Assembly (NCBI GenBank): GCA_030697665.1
Contig: JAUYPJ010000037.1
Span: forward strand, 28,089 to 92,088
Source of the DNA: Candidatus Omnitrophota bacterium
GTDB taxonomy: Bacteria > Omnitrophota > Gorgyraeia > Aquiviventales > Aquiviventaceae
Length of the DNA: 64,000 nucleotides
Direction: 5' to 3'
Within the stretch, counting starts at the first letter, position 1, and every line of letters starts with the position of its first letter. The position numbers were made by a program, and so were the translations under genes. Under the pieces are notes generated by a model. The model ran no database searches. It was not told the DNA's origin and saw only the letters and a list, made by a program, of their open reading frames with translations. This document shows positions 8,675-18,582 of this stretch, piece by piece.

Positions 8675-11346
8675 GCGCGCCGAGGGACCGAGCGCTCCCA
8701 GACCTTCGCCCACTTGAGCAGCTCAATCCCTGCGTAGAATTCGGCGAAGACCAACCCGTGGAGGCCCTCACGGTAGCCAGCCTTCTTGACATAGCTCTTC
8801 CAGAACGTCTTCCAGGGCCTGCGCCAGATCTGACGCCTCAGATCGCGCTCAGCCTGCGGCCCGAGCCTCCGGAGGAGCTCTTCGGCTTGTAGCGTCGTGT
8901 AGCGGTTGTGCCGCGCGACGAACGACGAGAGATCCTCGCATGGATGGTGTTCCACATCGGCCGCCAGCTCCCCCACCGTCCCCCGGATGACCGGACGCTC
9001 GTGCACCACCCCTTCGTACACGGCCCGGTCCCGGCGCACCAGATTTGGAACGGTATAGTACCACCCGCCGTAGCGCATGGGACGATTGAGCAACACGCTG
9101 CGACGATAGAACGAGAAGGCGGCATGAGGGCTCTGGGCTTGAAGCAGCCGCTCCATCGAAGCACGAAACCCCGGCGTGACGACGTCGTCGGCGTCGATCT
9201 GCAGGACCCACTCGCCATGGGCGTGCTGCATCCCCAGGTTGCGGTCGGTGGCAAAGCTGCCGTCAAACGCATGGGACACCACCGTCGCCCCAAACGACCG
9301 GCAGATCTCCGGCGTTCGGTCGGTGCTGGCGCCATCCACGACAATGATCTCGTCCGCCCAGCGCACGCTCTCGAGGCATCGGGCGATCCGTGGCTCCTCG
9401 TTCTTGGTCAGCACGACGACCGAGAGGGTCTCCCGCCCATCAGTTGGGAGCTCAGAACCTGTTATCTGTGGATGGGTTGTCAACGTTGAACGCTGAACGC
9501 TGAACGCTGAACTCGATGCCCAGTACTTGGCCCACTTGAGGAAATGGACCCAGGCGAAGAGCGCAGCGAAGACCAGGCCGTGCATTCCCTCGCGCCAGCC
9601 CTGCTTTTTGACGTAGGATTTCCAAAACAGCTTGAGCGGCCGGAGGAACAGCTGAGAGCGGAGCGCCCACGCCGACAGCTCACGGCGGGCCTGCCGGAGC
9701 AACCGGGCCTCCACATCGGAATAGAAGTTCTGCCGCTCCATGAACTGCGTCAGGCTCTGGAAGGGGTAGTGGTGGATTGGCTGCGCGAGATCGGCGATCG
9801 AACCACGCACCTCCAGCGTCTCATGGACGCTGTGCCCGACGTAGCGGGCCGAGGAGCGTTTGAACAGCTTCACCCCATGCCAGCCAAAGCCTCCGTAGCG
9901 CATCGGGCGCCCAAGAAAGTGGTTCAGCCGATGGACGCGGTAGGCCACGATCGTCCGCTCCTGTTGCACCGTCGAGCGAATCTCGTCCCGCAGGGGCGGC
10001 GGGATGACCTCATCCGCGTCCAACTGGAGGATCCACTGCCCACGCGCCGCCTCGATGCCGGCGTTGCGCTGCTCATCAAAGTCCCCCCCTGAGCGGCGCA
10101 CGATGACCGTAGCTCCGACCTGGCGGCAGTGCTCTCGCGTCCGGTCAGTGCTCTCATCGTCTACCACGACGATCTCATCCACCCAATCCAGGCTCGTGAG
10201 GCAGTTGAGGATTCTGGCCCCTTCGTTTTTCGTGATGATCACGGCGCTGATCGTCGCGCGATCGTCCATGGCGCGTCCTGGATCACCTTCCGCTTGAGGC
10301 ACATCTCCAATGTGTTCCACGGCTGCGCGATGAAGAGGCATGAATCGCTGGAGGCATCTCGCGAACCGTCCTGAGGGAGCGACGATGCGGTGAAACCGCT
10401 TCTTCTTTGTGAGGATTCGCCAGAGCACCGTGAGAGCGCGCCAGGGGCCGCTCAGGCGCACGACGGTCACCTCACGGTGTCTGGGAATGGCGAACTCGAT
10501 GGCCGGGTCACCAAACACCCAGACGCGATGCCCGTCGTTCACCAGATGCCGAATGGATGAGACGGCCCTGTCCAGGACTGGCCCCTGTTGCTCCAGGAGC
10601 ACATACGCGATCCGTTGCGGCCGCGGTCTGCGCCATTTGCGATAGAACCGCTCCCCATTCTCAAGAAACCGCTGCTCCCGGGTCGGGTCGCGCTTCGCCG
10701 TCGCGCTGCCGAGATGGTAGACATAGGCGCCTTCGGCGATCGCGCAGAAATATCCAGCCCGCCGGACGCGGAGCGAATAATCGGCGTCCTCGTAGTACAT
10801 GAACCAGAACGTCTCATCGAGGTATCCCACGCGCTCAAACACCCGCCGAGGCATCAGGAGACAGAACCCCACTGCCCCGGTCGCTTCGAGCCATCGTCCC
10901 TGAAGGGGTTGCAGTCGTCGAGCGACGTCATCCACCGTTTCGCCAGGTTGCGGATGCGCGCCGAACTCGTTGCTCATCGGATTCAGGAGACCGAGCGTCG
11001 GATGTGACGTCGCGACGTGAATCAACTCCGACAACCACCCTGCTGTCACGAGGATGTCGTTGTTGAGCACGCAGATCCAGGGGGCGCGTGTCTGCGCCAG
11101 ACCCGTGTTGATCCCGGCAGCGAACCCATCATTCTGTGGACGGCGGACAACCTCGATCTCAACCCATGGCGTCCCACGAACCTCACTGAGGTACCGCAGG
11201 GTCTCTGGCTCGCTGCTGCCGTTATCCACAATGATGAGCCGGGTGTCGAGCCTCGTGTGGAGCAGGAGGCGTTCCACCCCTGGCTTCAGCAGGTCGGCCC
11301 GATCCCACGTGAGGAGTACCAGATCACAACGCGCTGGTCTCGCCAT
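8671..11346 (-). CDS. Triple-domain GT2 glycosyltransferase fusion
   Basis: Three GT2 starts: CDLVLLTW..IIVDNGS; ISAVIITKNE..LDADE; LSVVVLTKNE..IDADD. Confidence 0.9.
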   Translation of the reverse strand: MARPARCDLVLLTWDRADLLKPGVERLLLHTRLDTRLIIVDNGSSEPETLRYLSEVRGTPWVEIEVVRRPQNDGFAAGINTGLAQTRAPWICVLNNDILVTAGWLSELIHVATSHPTLGLLNPMSNEFGAHPQPGETVDDVARRLQPLQGRWLEATGAVGFCLLMPRRVFERVGYLDETFWFMYYEDADYSLRVRRAGYFCAIAEGAYVYHLGSATAKRDPTREQRFLENGERFYRKWRRPRPQRIAYVLLEQQGPVLDRAVSSIRHLVNDGHRVWVFGDPAIEFAIPRHREVTVVRLSGPWRALTVLWRILTKKKRFHRIVAPSGRFARCLQRFMPLHRAAVEHIGDVPQAEGDPGRAMDDRATISAVIITKNEGARILNCLTSLDWVDEIVVVDDESTDRTREHCRQVGATVIVRRSGGDFDEQRNAGIEAARGQWILQLDADEVIPPPLRDEIRSTVQQERTIVAYRVHRLNHFLGRPMRYGGFGWHGVKLFKRSSARYVGHSVHETLEVRGSIADLAQPIHHYPFQSLTQFMERQNFYSDVEARLLRQARRELSAWALRSQLFLRPLKLFWKSYVKKQGWREGMHGLVFAALFAWVHFLKWAKYWASSSAFSVQRSTLTTHPQITGSELPTDGRETLSVVVLTKNEEPRIARCLESVRWADEIIVVDGASTDRTPEICRSFGATVVSHAFDGSFATDRNLGMQHAHGEWVLQIDADDVVTPGFRASMERLLQAQSPHAAFSFYRRSVLLNRPMRYGGWYYTVPNLVRRDRAVYEGVVHERPVIRGTVGELAADVEHHPCEDLSSFVARHNRYTTLQAEELLRRLGPQAERDLRRQIWRRPWKTFWKSYVKKAGYREGLHGLVFAEFYAGIELLKWAKVWERSVPRRA
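9483..9512. repeat. AACGCTG heptamer tandem repeat in the linker between GT2 domains 2 and 3
   Basis: acgttga acgctga acgctga acgctga. Confidence 0.65.
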
Positions 11347-12145
11347 GCCGTTGGGCGTCGCGTCGATTGGATGTCCCGGACGCGCCAGTCGATGAGCGCT
11401 CTTCCCAATACTTCGCGTAACTGAGCCACTGGTACAGGGCGGCCATGACAGAGACGATCAAGCCCCATCGTCCGTCTCGGTAGCCCTGTTTACCCACGAA
11501 ACCCCGAACGAACCGATCCACCGTCCGCCACAGGGCCTTGCCCAAGGTCATACGGTGTCCGTCCCTGACCCATTTCCTGGCCTCCAGTGTGGTTTGGCGA
11601 TTCAATTTCTCGACAAAGTCTGCCAGGCCCTGATACGAGTAATGCAGCAGGTCATGCCGCAAGGTGCCGCACGGCCGGTTTGAAACGGCTCGGGGGTGGA
11701 CCGTGGTCTCCTCCCATCGGAACACCGATTTCTTGAGTAGCTTCAGTTGGGCGCTCGGATACCAGCCGCCGTGGCGAATCCACCGATTCCCGATATAGTT
11801 GCGTCGAGGAATCGCGTAGGTATCAAAGGGTGGTGGGCCATCGGAAAAGAGTCGTCGAATTTCCTCAGCCAACTCAGGCGTCACACGTTCATCCGCATCC
11901 AGGCTGAGTACCCACTCATGCGCAGCCTGCGCATGCGCCCAATTGCGATGCCGGCCTTCAATGTCCATCTTGCGCCGCAGTACCCGGGCCCCCAGCGATT
12001 CGGCGATGCGCACGGTGTCGTCCATGCTCTCATCATCCACCACGAGGATCTCCTCGGCCCACCGGACACTGTCAATGCAGGCACGGATCCGATCCGCTTC
12101 GTTCTTGGTCAAGATCACGACGGATAGCGGGAGCGGCGTTGCCAT
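11324..12145 (-). CDS. GT2 glycosyltransferase (WaaE/KdtX-like)
   Basis: LSVVILTKNE, VDDES, LDADERVTPEL, GGWYP. Confidence 0.9.
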   Translation of the reverse strand: MATPLPLSVVILTKNEADRIRACIDSVRWAEEILVVDDESMDDTVRIAESLGARVLRRKMDIEGRHRNWAHAQAAHEWVLSLDADERVTPELAEEIRRLFSDGPPPFDTYAIPRRNYIGNRWIRHGGWYPSAQLKLLKKSVFRWEETTVHPRAVSNRPCGTLRHDLLHYSYQGLADFVEKLNRQTTLEARKWVRDGHRMTLGKALWRTVDRFVRGFVGKQGYRDGRWGLIVSVMAALYQWLSYAKYWEERSSTGASGTSNRRDAQRHGETSAL

Positions 12146-13266
12146 AGGCGCTCGAATTGCTCCTCGTCCCCTTGGAGGACGACATCGGCATGATGGGCCC
12201 ACCGCAGGCCATGCATCCACTGGCCCCATCTGGTCCCCGGGGCGGCGATGAGGTCAAAGGGTTTCTTCCGGCGCTTCAGGATGAGCCCGGCGGCAGCCAC
12301 CGAGGCCCAGCGCGAGGGGAGCGCGGCCCAATGGATATCGGCGTAGGGGATGAGATCCACCGAACGAAAGAGCGCCTCTCCTGTGATGCGCGCGGGCATG
12401 ACGCAGTACACATAGACGTGGGTCCGGCGCCGCGACACGGCCACCAGTCGCTGCAGCCAGCGCCGCAGTTCCTCTGAGCCGGGGACGACCGGCTCCAGTC
12501 GAGGCCACGCGACGCGGACCCATCGGCCCCATTTGCGGTGGCACCAGCGCTGATTGCGCGCAAAGAGCGCTTCGCGCTCAGGAAGGCTCCGGACCGACTG
12601 ATGCTCGGCGTGGTAGACGTAGGAGGCCGAGGCGACCACGCAACGGTAGCCGCCTCGCTGAGCCCGCATGCAGAAGTCCTCGTCCTCAAAAAAGACCCGC
12701 TGCACCTCCTCGCTCAAGCCGCCGATCCGGTCGAGCACGTCTCGTTTGATCAACATGCAAAAGCCCGTGCACATCCCCACTTCGACGTAGCGTCCCCCTG
12801 ACGGTTTGAGGCTGTCCGCATAGGCCTGGAGCAACATCCCCTTGGGAGGGTGGTTGCCGAACGTGTTGCTGGTGGGGTTCACCACGCCGATGGCGGGATG
12901 GGCGGTGGCGACGGTGAGCATCTCCTGCAGCCAGCCGGCGGTAAACCGCAGGTCGTTGTTCAAGAGGCATACGAACGGGGCGGTGGACGCCATGATGCCA
13001 CGGTTCATCCCGCGAGGGAATCCCTGGTTCGTCTCGTTCTGCAGCACGGCGACCTCTTTGATGGCGCCGCGCGGCGTGACGGTCGCCAGGAATCGGCGGA
13101 CGTCCTCTTCGCTGCCGTTGTCCACGATGAACAACCGGCAGGGCACCCGCGTGGTCTCTAAGAGGCTCTCGAGACACGGCTGCGTCTGCTCAAGGTGGTT
13201 CCAGCTCAGGAGGATGAGATCACACACGGGCCTCTCCGGTGACACGTGACAGGTGACAGGTGACAT
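12115..13266 (-). CDS. GT2 glycosyltransferase
   Basis: LILLSWN, IVDNGS, LLNND, FFEDEDFC; start uncertain and lies within the GTGACAG heptamer run at 13238-13266. Confidence 0.85.
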   Translation of the reverse strand: MSPVTCHVSPERPVCDLILLSWNHLEQTQPCLESLLETTRVPCRLFIVDNGSEEDVRRFLATVTPRGAIKEVAVLQNETNQGFPRGMNRGIMASTAPFVCLLNNDLRFTAGWLQEMLTVATAHPAIGVVNPTSNTFGNHPPKGMLLQAYADSLKPSGGRYVEVGMCTGFCMLIKRDVLDRIGGLSEEVQRVFFEDEDFCMRAQRGGYRCVVASASYVYHAEHQSVRSLPEREALFARNQRWCHRKWGRWVRVAWPRLEPVVPGSEELRRWLQRLVAVSRRRTHVYVYCVMPARITGEALFRSVDLIPYADIHWAALPSRWASVAAAGLILKRRKKPFDLIAAPGTRWGQWMHGLRWAHHADVVLQGDEEQFERLWQRRSRYPS

Positions 13267-13277
13267 GGAACCAACTC

Positions 13278-14159
13278 TTAAACGCCCATCGCCTGCATCT
13301 GTGGCCTCTGTTCCGGTGATGACCACGTGAGGCCGAGCCTCCGTGAGGCCGTCTCCAGCAGGTGCGTCATCCTGTGGATATAGGTATGGCGCGCCCTGGT
13401 AAGGTCGCATCCCGCCTGGGCGATGGCCCGACGTTCCTCAGGGCGCGCGAGGACGTCGTCGATCACGCCAACAAGCTCATCCGGCGCTCGATAGAGGATG
13501 AGGTGCCGCCGGTCTTCGAGACCCAAGCGCGCCAGATCGTCATGGGGCAGCGTGTTCGTGACGAGCAGCGCCCCCGCCGCCAGCACTTCAAAGATGCGCA
13601 TGTTGACGTCATCGGCAATGGAGTAGTTGAATCCCACGCGGGCTTGGCTGTAGATGGCGCTCAACTCGGTGTAGGGGGCCGTGCCGATGAAGCTCTGCGG
13701 GTAGCGCTCCCGCAGCGCCTGCAGGTAGAACTTTCTCGGGATGCCCCCTTCGGTTCCGACAAACGCAACGTCCCATCGGGGGGCGTGTTCCTGGCGACCG
13801 TGGAGTTCCCAGTCGCACGCGAGGGGGAGCCACTCGGCGTTCGCCAGGCGGTTCGAGGCGGCTCGTTGGGCGCAGCAGACGAGGTCGTAGCGATCCGCCG
13901 CGCGACGGATCTTTCGCCAGCTATTGGGCAGATGCGTGTCAATGGCGTAAAAGATCGCCGGCCGAAGACGCCTGGGAAGAAGGACGAGATAGTCGTCGCC
14001 ATGATCCACCCGCAGGTACAGATCATAGCGCGGGGGGATGGACGCGGCGTCGCGCAGCCACCAGTGGTCGCAGGAGAGCCCGAGCGCCCGACAGGCCCGC
14101 TCGACATAGATGCCCGTTGTGTCAGGCCGCGTCTTGTCGAAGATCAGGGCGATGCGCAT
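13278..14159 (-). CDS. CgeB-like glycosyltransferase
   Basis: WLPLACD, DVAFVG, FNYSIADDVNMRIFE, HTYIHR. Confidence 0.82.
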   Translation of the reverse strand: MRIALIFDKTRPDTTGIYVERACRALGLSCDHWWLRDAASIPPRYDLYLRVDHGDDYLVLLPRRLRPAIFYAIDTHLPNSWRKIRRAADRYDLVCCAQRAASNRLANAEWLPLACDWELHGRQEHAPRWDVAFVGTEGGIPRKFYLQALRERYPQSFIGTAPYTELSAIYSQARVGFNYSIADDVNMRIFEVLAAGALLVTNTLPHDDLARLGLEDRRHLILYRAPDELVGVIDDVLARPEERRAIAQAGCDLTRARHTYIHRMTHLLETASRRLGLTWSSPEQRPQMQAMGV

Positions 14160-14478
14160 TGTGGAGCTCCCAAATGGGAACCGCCGCGCCTGGGAACCAG
14201 CGGCGCACGCGGTGGAAGGAGCGCTCGTTGTCCACGAGGACGGCCTGGAGCGTCCCGCAGAGGAAGAACCAAACGCTCAGGGACCACGCCACCGGCCAGA
14301 AGACGACCCGCGCCACGCTGAGCAGGTGGAGCGGCGCGGAGGAGGCCATGAGGCGACGGACCGGCCGCGCCACGCGGCCTTTGACAATGTGGAGCACTCG
14401 AACTCCGTTGCGGTCGGTCTTCAGGGAGTAGTCACGGGCCGCCTGCCAACCTCGCTCAACCAACGAGAGGACCACCAT
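14122..14478 (-). CDS. Hypothetical protein
   Basis: Only ORF bridging the two flanking genes on the operon strand; no motif recognised; start uncertain (14478 or 14508). Confidence 0.45.
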   Translation of the reverse strand: MVVLSLVERGWQAARDYSLKTDRNGVRVLHIVKGRVARPVRRLMASSAPLHLLSVARVVFWPVAWSLSVWFFLCGTLQAVLVDNERSFHRVRRWFPGAAVPIWELHNAHRPDLRQDAA

Positions 14479-15580
14479 GATCCGATAACAACGCCTCACA
14501 GGCCTCAATGACTTCTCCCGGCTCGATGGTCGTCAAACAGGCGCGTTCATAGGGACAGGGCGGGAGTTTGAACTGGTGGTAGCAGGGCCGGCACGGCAGA
14601 TCCTCCCTGAAGACCGTCCAGTGGCGCGACGGCGAGGAGATCGAGGGACCGTACACGCTCGGGTCCACCGGGCCGAAGATCGACACCGTCTTCACGCCTT
14701 GGCTGACGGCCAGGTGCAACGGACCGCCATCGTTGCAGATAACGAGGTCAAGACGGCCCAAGAGGCTGACGAACTGGCCGAGCGACGTCTGTCCGCTCAT
14801 ATCCATCGTTGGGTGCTTCATGAGTCGGGCGACGGTCTGGCAGATCGAGGCGTCCGACGCCTCCCCGAACAGGATCACGCGCGCCCCATGGCGCTCGACC
14901 AGCGCGTCCCCCACAGCGGCGAACCCCTCAAAGCTCCACCGCCGAAACGAGGCGTCGATCCCCCAGCTCGCCCCGCCCGCCGGCACGATGCCGACCAGGG
15001 GCTGCCCGTCGGCCAACCCATGTCGGGCTAACCACTCCCCGGTCCACTCCCGATCCTCTGCCAAGACCGCCAGCTCGAGTGACGTCTCGCGCAGGCCTAT
15101 CCCCATGAAGTGGAGGAGCCTGCGGTAGTACTCGACCACATGCACATCGTGGTACCCGTCGATGGAAAACCGCTCTGTGAGGAAGCGTCCCCGGCGCCGG
15201 TAATTGAACCCGATGCGCTGACGCACACCCAGGAGCTTCAGGATGAGTCCATACCGCTCACCCAGCGAGAGGTCCAGCGCCAGATCGAAGCGTGACCGGC
15301 GGATGCGCCGCAGGAGCCGCCACAGATCACCAAGGCACCGCCAGGAGGACGTCCGCCACAACTGCACGAACTCATCCTTCTCGTAGATGAACAGCTCATC
15401 GAGATGCGGGTTGTTCCGGAGGATCCGCTCGGTCCGACGGTTGCACAGGTAACCGATCCAACTGCCTGGGAAGGCCTTCCGAACGGCTCGGATGAGCGGC
15501 GTGCTGAAGAGGACGTCGCCGATCCCGAACGGGTTCACGATGAGGATGCGGAAGTCGCTGGAGGATTGCGCGGGATTCAC
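14456..15580 (-). CDS. GT9 LPS heptosyltransferase family protein
   Basis: GIGDVLFSTP, CNDGGPLHLA, IFGP, LPCRPC. Confidence 0.9.
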   Translation of the reverse strand: MNPAQSSSDFRILIVNPFGIGDVLFSTPLIRAVRKAFPGSWIGYLCNRRTERILRNNPHLDELFIYEKDEFVQLWRTSSWRCLGDLWRLLRRIRRSRFDLALDLSLGERYGLILKLLGVRQRIGFNYRRRGRFLTERFSIDGYHDVHVVEYYRRLLHFMGIGLRETSLELAVLAEDREWTGEWLARHGLADGQPLVGIVPAGGASWGIDASFRRWSFEGFAAVGDALVERHGARVILFGEASDASICQTVARLMKHPTMDMSGQTSLGQFVSLLGRLDLVICNDGGPLHLAVSQGVKTVSIFGPVDPSVYGPSISSPSRHWTVFREDLPCRPCYHQFKLPPCPYERACLTTIEPGEVIEACEALLSDHGGPLVG

Positions 15581-16005
15581 ACGAGAATCCTGTGGGTCAC
15601 GAGTCCTTCACTCAATGCCGCAGCAACGAGCCGTTCATCTGCGGCGACGAATTCGACTCGTGTCTCTTGCCGCATCGCCAGCGCGGAGGCCAGGTGGACG
15701 GCGTCATACGCCCTGAGGGCGCGTCGCTCCGTCAGCTCACCCGCAAGCTTGATGATCGGCTCAGCGACTTCGAGCCGGACATAGGTCTCCCATTCATGGT
15801 CCAGGACACGCACCATCTCCCCATACCGATGTTTCGACAGCGCTCCCTCTCGGTAGCGCCTGGCAAAGGCCGCTCTCGCTTCCACGTAACTGAGACGCGA
15901 AGTCGCAACGTGCGTCGCGTGCGTCACGAGGCGGCGCGTGTCTGCTGCGCCCGGTTCATCCACGTACAGCTTCACCAAAGCGCTCGTGTCGAGATACGCG
16001 GTCAT
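15577..16005 (-). CDS. vapC: VapC-family PIN-domain toxin
   Basis: YLDTSALVKLY, LRAYDAVHLASA, ADERL. Confidence 0.9.
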   Translation of the reverse strand: MTAYLDTSALVKLYVDEPGAADTRRLVTHATHVATSRLSYVEARAAFARRYREGALSKHRYGEMVRVLDHEWETYVRLEVAEPIIKLAGELTERRALRAYDAVHLASALAMRQETRVEFVAADERLVAAALSEGLVTHRILV

Positions 16006-16271
16006 CCTCGCTCGTCAATGACCGCTTGCGCGATAGATGGCCCCGTCAGTTTGACCGGGCGCCGGATCCCCTGGGGCTTGCCCCCGGACCACGAGACATG
16101 GCCGGTTCGCACCAGCCGCCACAACGCTTCCGCTTCCGCATCATGGGGCAACGGCACAATGATCGCCACGCGATGGCCCCGCTCGGCCACATGGATCGTC
16201 CGGCCCTTCTTGACCTGGCTCAGATAATAACTCAACCGGTTCTTTAACTCGCGGATCCCGACCATGGCCAT
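16002..16271 (-). CDS. Phd/YefM-family antitoxin
   Basis: VGIRELKNRLSYYL..V..G..I.V..RG..VA.IVP; ATGA overlap with vapC. Confidence 0.9.
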   Translation of the reverse strand: MAMVGIRELKNRLSYYLSQVKKGRTIHVAERGHRVAIIVPLPHDAEAEALWRLVRTGHVSWSGGKPQGIRRPVKLTGPSIAQAVIDERG

Positions 16272-16282
16272 GGCTGTCCCCT

Positions 16283-16321
16283 ATGTAGCTACATGATACA
16301 CGAAAAGTAGCTCCATCGCAA
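16283..16321 (-). promoter_or_regulatory. Sigma70 promoter of the TA module with palindromic operator
   Basis: TTGCGA-17 bp-TATCAT on the minus strand; perfect palindrome ATGTAGCTACAT (16283-16294) overlaps the -10/TSS; AGGGG SD before the ATG. Confidence 0.75.
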
Positions 16322-16335
16322 CCCCGCGCCTTGAC

Positions 16336-17325
16336 TCACCCCACGCCATGGGCCACCGCCTCATACACGTCCTCAACGGTGATGGCCTCCATCGATGGCT
16401 TCCAGATCACCCCGTGGCCCGCGCCCCACGGTCCCCAGCGCCGAGGGCCTGCGGCCGGGCTCGAGGCGCCAAAGAGGACCACGGTCTTGGTCCCAACCGC
16501 CGCCGCCAAGTGGACAGGGCCGCTGTCGTTTGACACCAGGACCCTCGCATGCGTGAACAGGGCGGCAAGCTGGGTGAGCCTCAACCGGCCTACCAGATCG
16601 ATGACCGGCAGCCCTGCGGGGAGCACCGCGGACGCCTGATCACGTTCGTCCACCCCCCCAATCACCACCACGCGGATGGCCAGCTGCCTGACCAGGTGTC
16701 GAATCAGCTCCGCGAACCGAGCAAGAGGCCACTGCTTGATCGGGTTCGAGGTCCACGGGTGAACGACGATCAACGGTTCTGATGTTTTAACTCCTTCCTG
16801 TGAAAGCAGTTGGAGAACTTCTGTTTGCTCATGGTCCAAACGAGGCGCGGGCCACTGCGGAATCGAGGTGGGCAGTCCGAGTGCCCGCACCAAGTCAAGA
16901 TTATACTCGACTTCATGACGTTCGCCAAGCGCCTTCCGGTCCTGGAGGCGGTGCGTCAGGAGCCATCCCCACTTCCGGCCGTAGCCCACCCGGCAGGGGA
17001 TCCCAGCCAACCACACGGCAAGATGCAGCTCTTTCTGTGGATTGGACACGACCGCGATGTCGAAGCGGTGAGAGCTCAGGAGGCGACCAAGCTGGCGCGC
17101 CCGAACCCACCACGCACGGAAAGCCACCGTGGGATACGGGATCACGTGGTCGATGATCGGGAAGCTCGACATGAGAGACCGGAGCTCTGGATGAACGAGG
17201 AAGGTCAGCGAAGCTCTCGGGAGGGTCTGTTTCAGGGCAGCGATCGCCGGGAGGTTCAACAACGTCTCGCCGAGCCGATCTGTGCGGGCAAAGAGGATGC
17301 GACGCGCCCGCTGTATCGACACCAT
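16336..17325 (-). CDS. GT9 LPS heptosyltransferase family protein
   Basis: RTDRLGE, HEVEYNL, KQWP, SNDSGPVHLAAA, LFG. Confidence 0.9.
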   Translation of the reverse strand: MVSIQRARRILFARTDRLGETLLNLPAIAALKQTLPRASLTFLVHPELRSLMSSFPIIDHVIPYPTVAFRAWWVRARQLGRLLSSHRFDIAVVSNPQKELHLAVWLAGIPCRVGYGRKWGWLLTHRLQDRKALGERHEVEYNLDLVRALGLPTSIPQWPAPRLDHEQTEVLQLLSQEGVKTSEPLIVVHPWTSNPIKQWPLARFAELIRHLVRQLAIRVVVIGGVDERDQASAVLPAGLPVIDLVGRLRLTQLAALFTHARVLVSNDSGPVHLAAAVGTKTVVLFGASSPAAGPRRWGPWGAGHGVIWKPSMEAITVEDVYEAVAHGVG

Positions 17326-17334
17326 AGCACCCCC

Positions 17335-18582
17335 CTACGCCACGAGCTTCTGTCGGCTACCAGGAGAAGCTTGGGGTGCCGGGCTGACGCTCCTGCTGCT
17401 CAACCCAAGCGCCAGTCCTGCGAGCACCCAGAAGAGCGCCGCTTGACGTAAGGCATAGAAGTTGGTGTCGACCGCTGACTGAACAGCAAACGCGAGGAGC
17501 CCTGCCGTCAGGCCGACAAGGACCGACTGATCGTTGGGGCGCAGACGGGGCAAAGCGCCGAGTACGCGCGCGAAGAACAGATACAGCAGCGCCAGGAACG
17601 TCAGGAGACCCGGCAGGCCCGTTTCCGCGGCAACCTGCAGGTAACAGTTGTGGGCGTAGCGCGGCAGCTGTTGGCCTCCAACCCAATGGTCGAGGTAGTT
17701 CGCCATAAAGGTGTTCAGGCCGAACCCCAACACCGGCCGCTCGCCGATCATCTTCAGCGCCGCCTGCCACATGTGCCACCGGTCCAGCATCCCGATGTCA
17801 GACAGGGACTGCACCGCCTTGAAGCGGCCCCCCAGAGACAGCACGGTTCCCCCGCTCAGCGCGAGCGTCACGAGGAGGACGAGTGCAGGTTTCCGCACGG
17901 TGGTCTTCAGGACGACCATCATGAGGAGCCCCACCCCGATCCCCAGCCATGCCCCGACCGCTTTGGTCCTGACGAGACATGCGCTCAGGAGCAGGATCAC
18001 GCCCCACAGCGGCCAGCGGTTGGCCTTGCGGCGGACCGTTGCAAATGCCATCAGGGTGGGAATGACCACCATCAGGTACGTCGCCAGGTCAATGGGATTC
18101 TCATAGGGGCCGGTCATCCGGCTAAAGAAATCCAGGCGGAAGTTGAGGAAGAAACCATTCCCATAGCGTTCCTGCGTCAACGCTTCGATCAGGACGAACG
18201 CGGCCGAATAGACGAGGACCCTCAGGCAGCGCTTGACGACGCGGGGACGAACCGCGAGGTCAGCGACCATGACGAAGTACAAGAGATACTCCAGCCACTT
18301 CCCGACGAACCCCCGCAGGCTCAACCAGTGGAAGGTGCTGGGCGCAATGGAGAGCGCACAGACGCCCAGGTAACTGACGAGCGCCAACGCCAGTGGACGG
18401 AGAGCGGGGCTCAGCCAGAGCGTGTCGGTCCGTGTTCGGGGGTCGAGTCGCTGGAAGAGCCACCCGAAGAAGATGAACCCGAACAGAATTTCAACCGCCG
18501 CTTTCGAAAACGGCAACAAAAAAAGCAGCGCGTAGAGGCTGCCTTCTTGCACCAGCGCCACGCCACGTCGCAGCCGGCTCAT
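17335..18582 (-). CDS. O-antigen ligase (WaaL-like)
   Basis: Multi-TM; R..MWQAA..MI.ERP.LGFG.N.F, YAHNCYLQVAAETG; may start at 18609. Confidence 0.85.
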   Translation of the reverse strand: MSRLRRGVALVQEGSLYALLFLLPFSKAAVEILFGFIFFGWLFQRLDPRTRTDTLWLSPALRPLALALVSYLGVCALSIAPSTFHWLSLRGFVGKWLEYLLYFVMVADLAVRPRVVKRCLRVLVYSAAFVLIEALTQERYGNGFFLNFRLDFFSRMTGPYENPIDLATYLMVVIPTLMAFATVRRKANRWPLWGVILLLSACLVRTKAVGAWLGIGVGLLMMVVLKTTVRKPALVLLVTLALSGGTVLSLGGRFKAVQSLSDIGMLDRWHMWQAALKMIGERPVLGFGLNTFMANYLDHWVGGQQLPRYAHNCYLQVAAETGLPGLLTFLALLYLFFARVLGALPRLRPNDQSVLVGLTAGLLAFAVQSAVDTNFYALRQAALFWVLAGLALGLSSRSVSPAPQASPGSRQKLVA

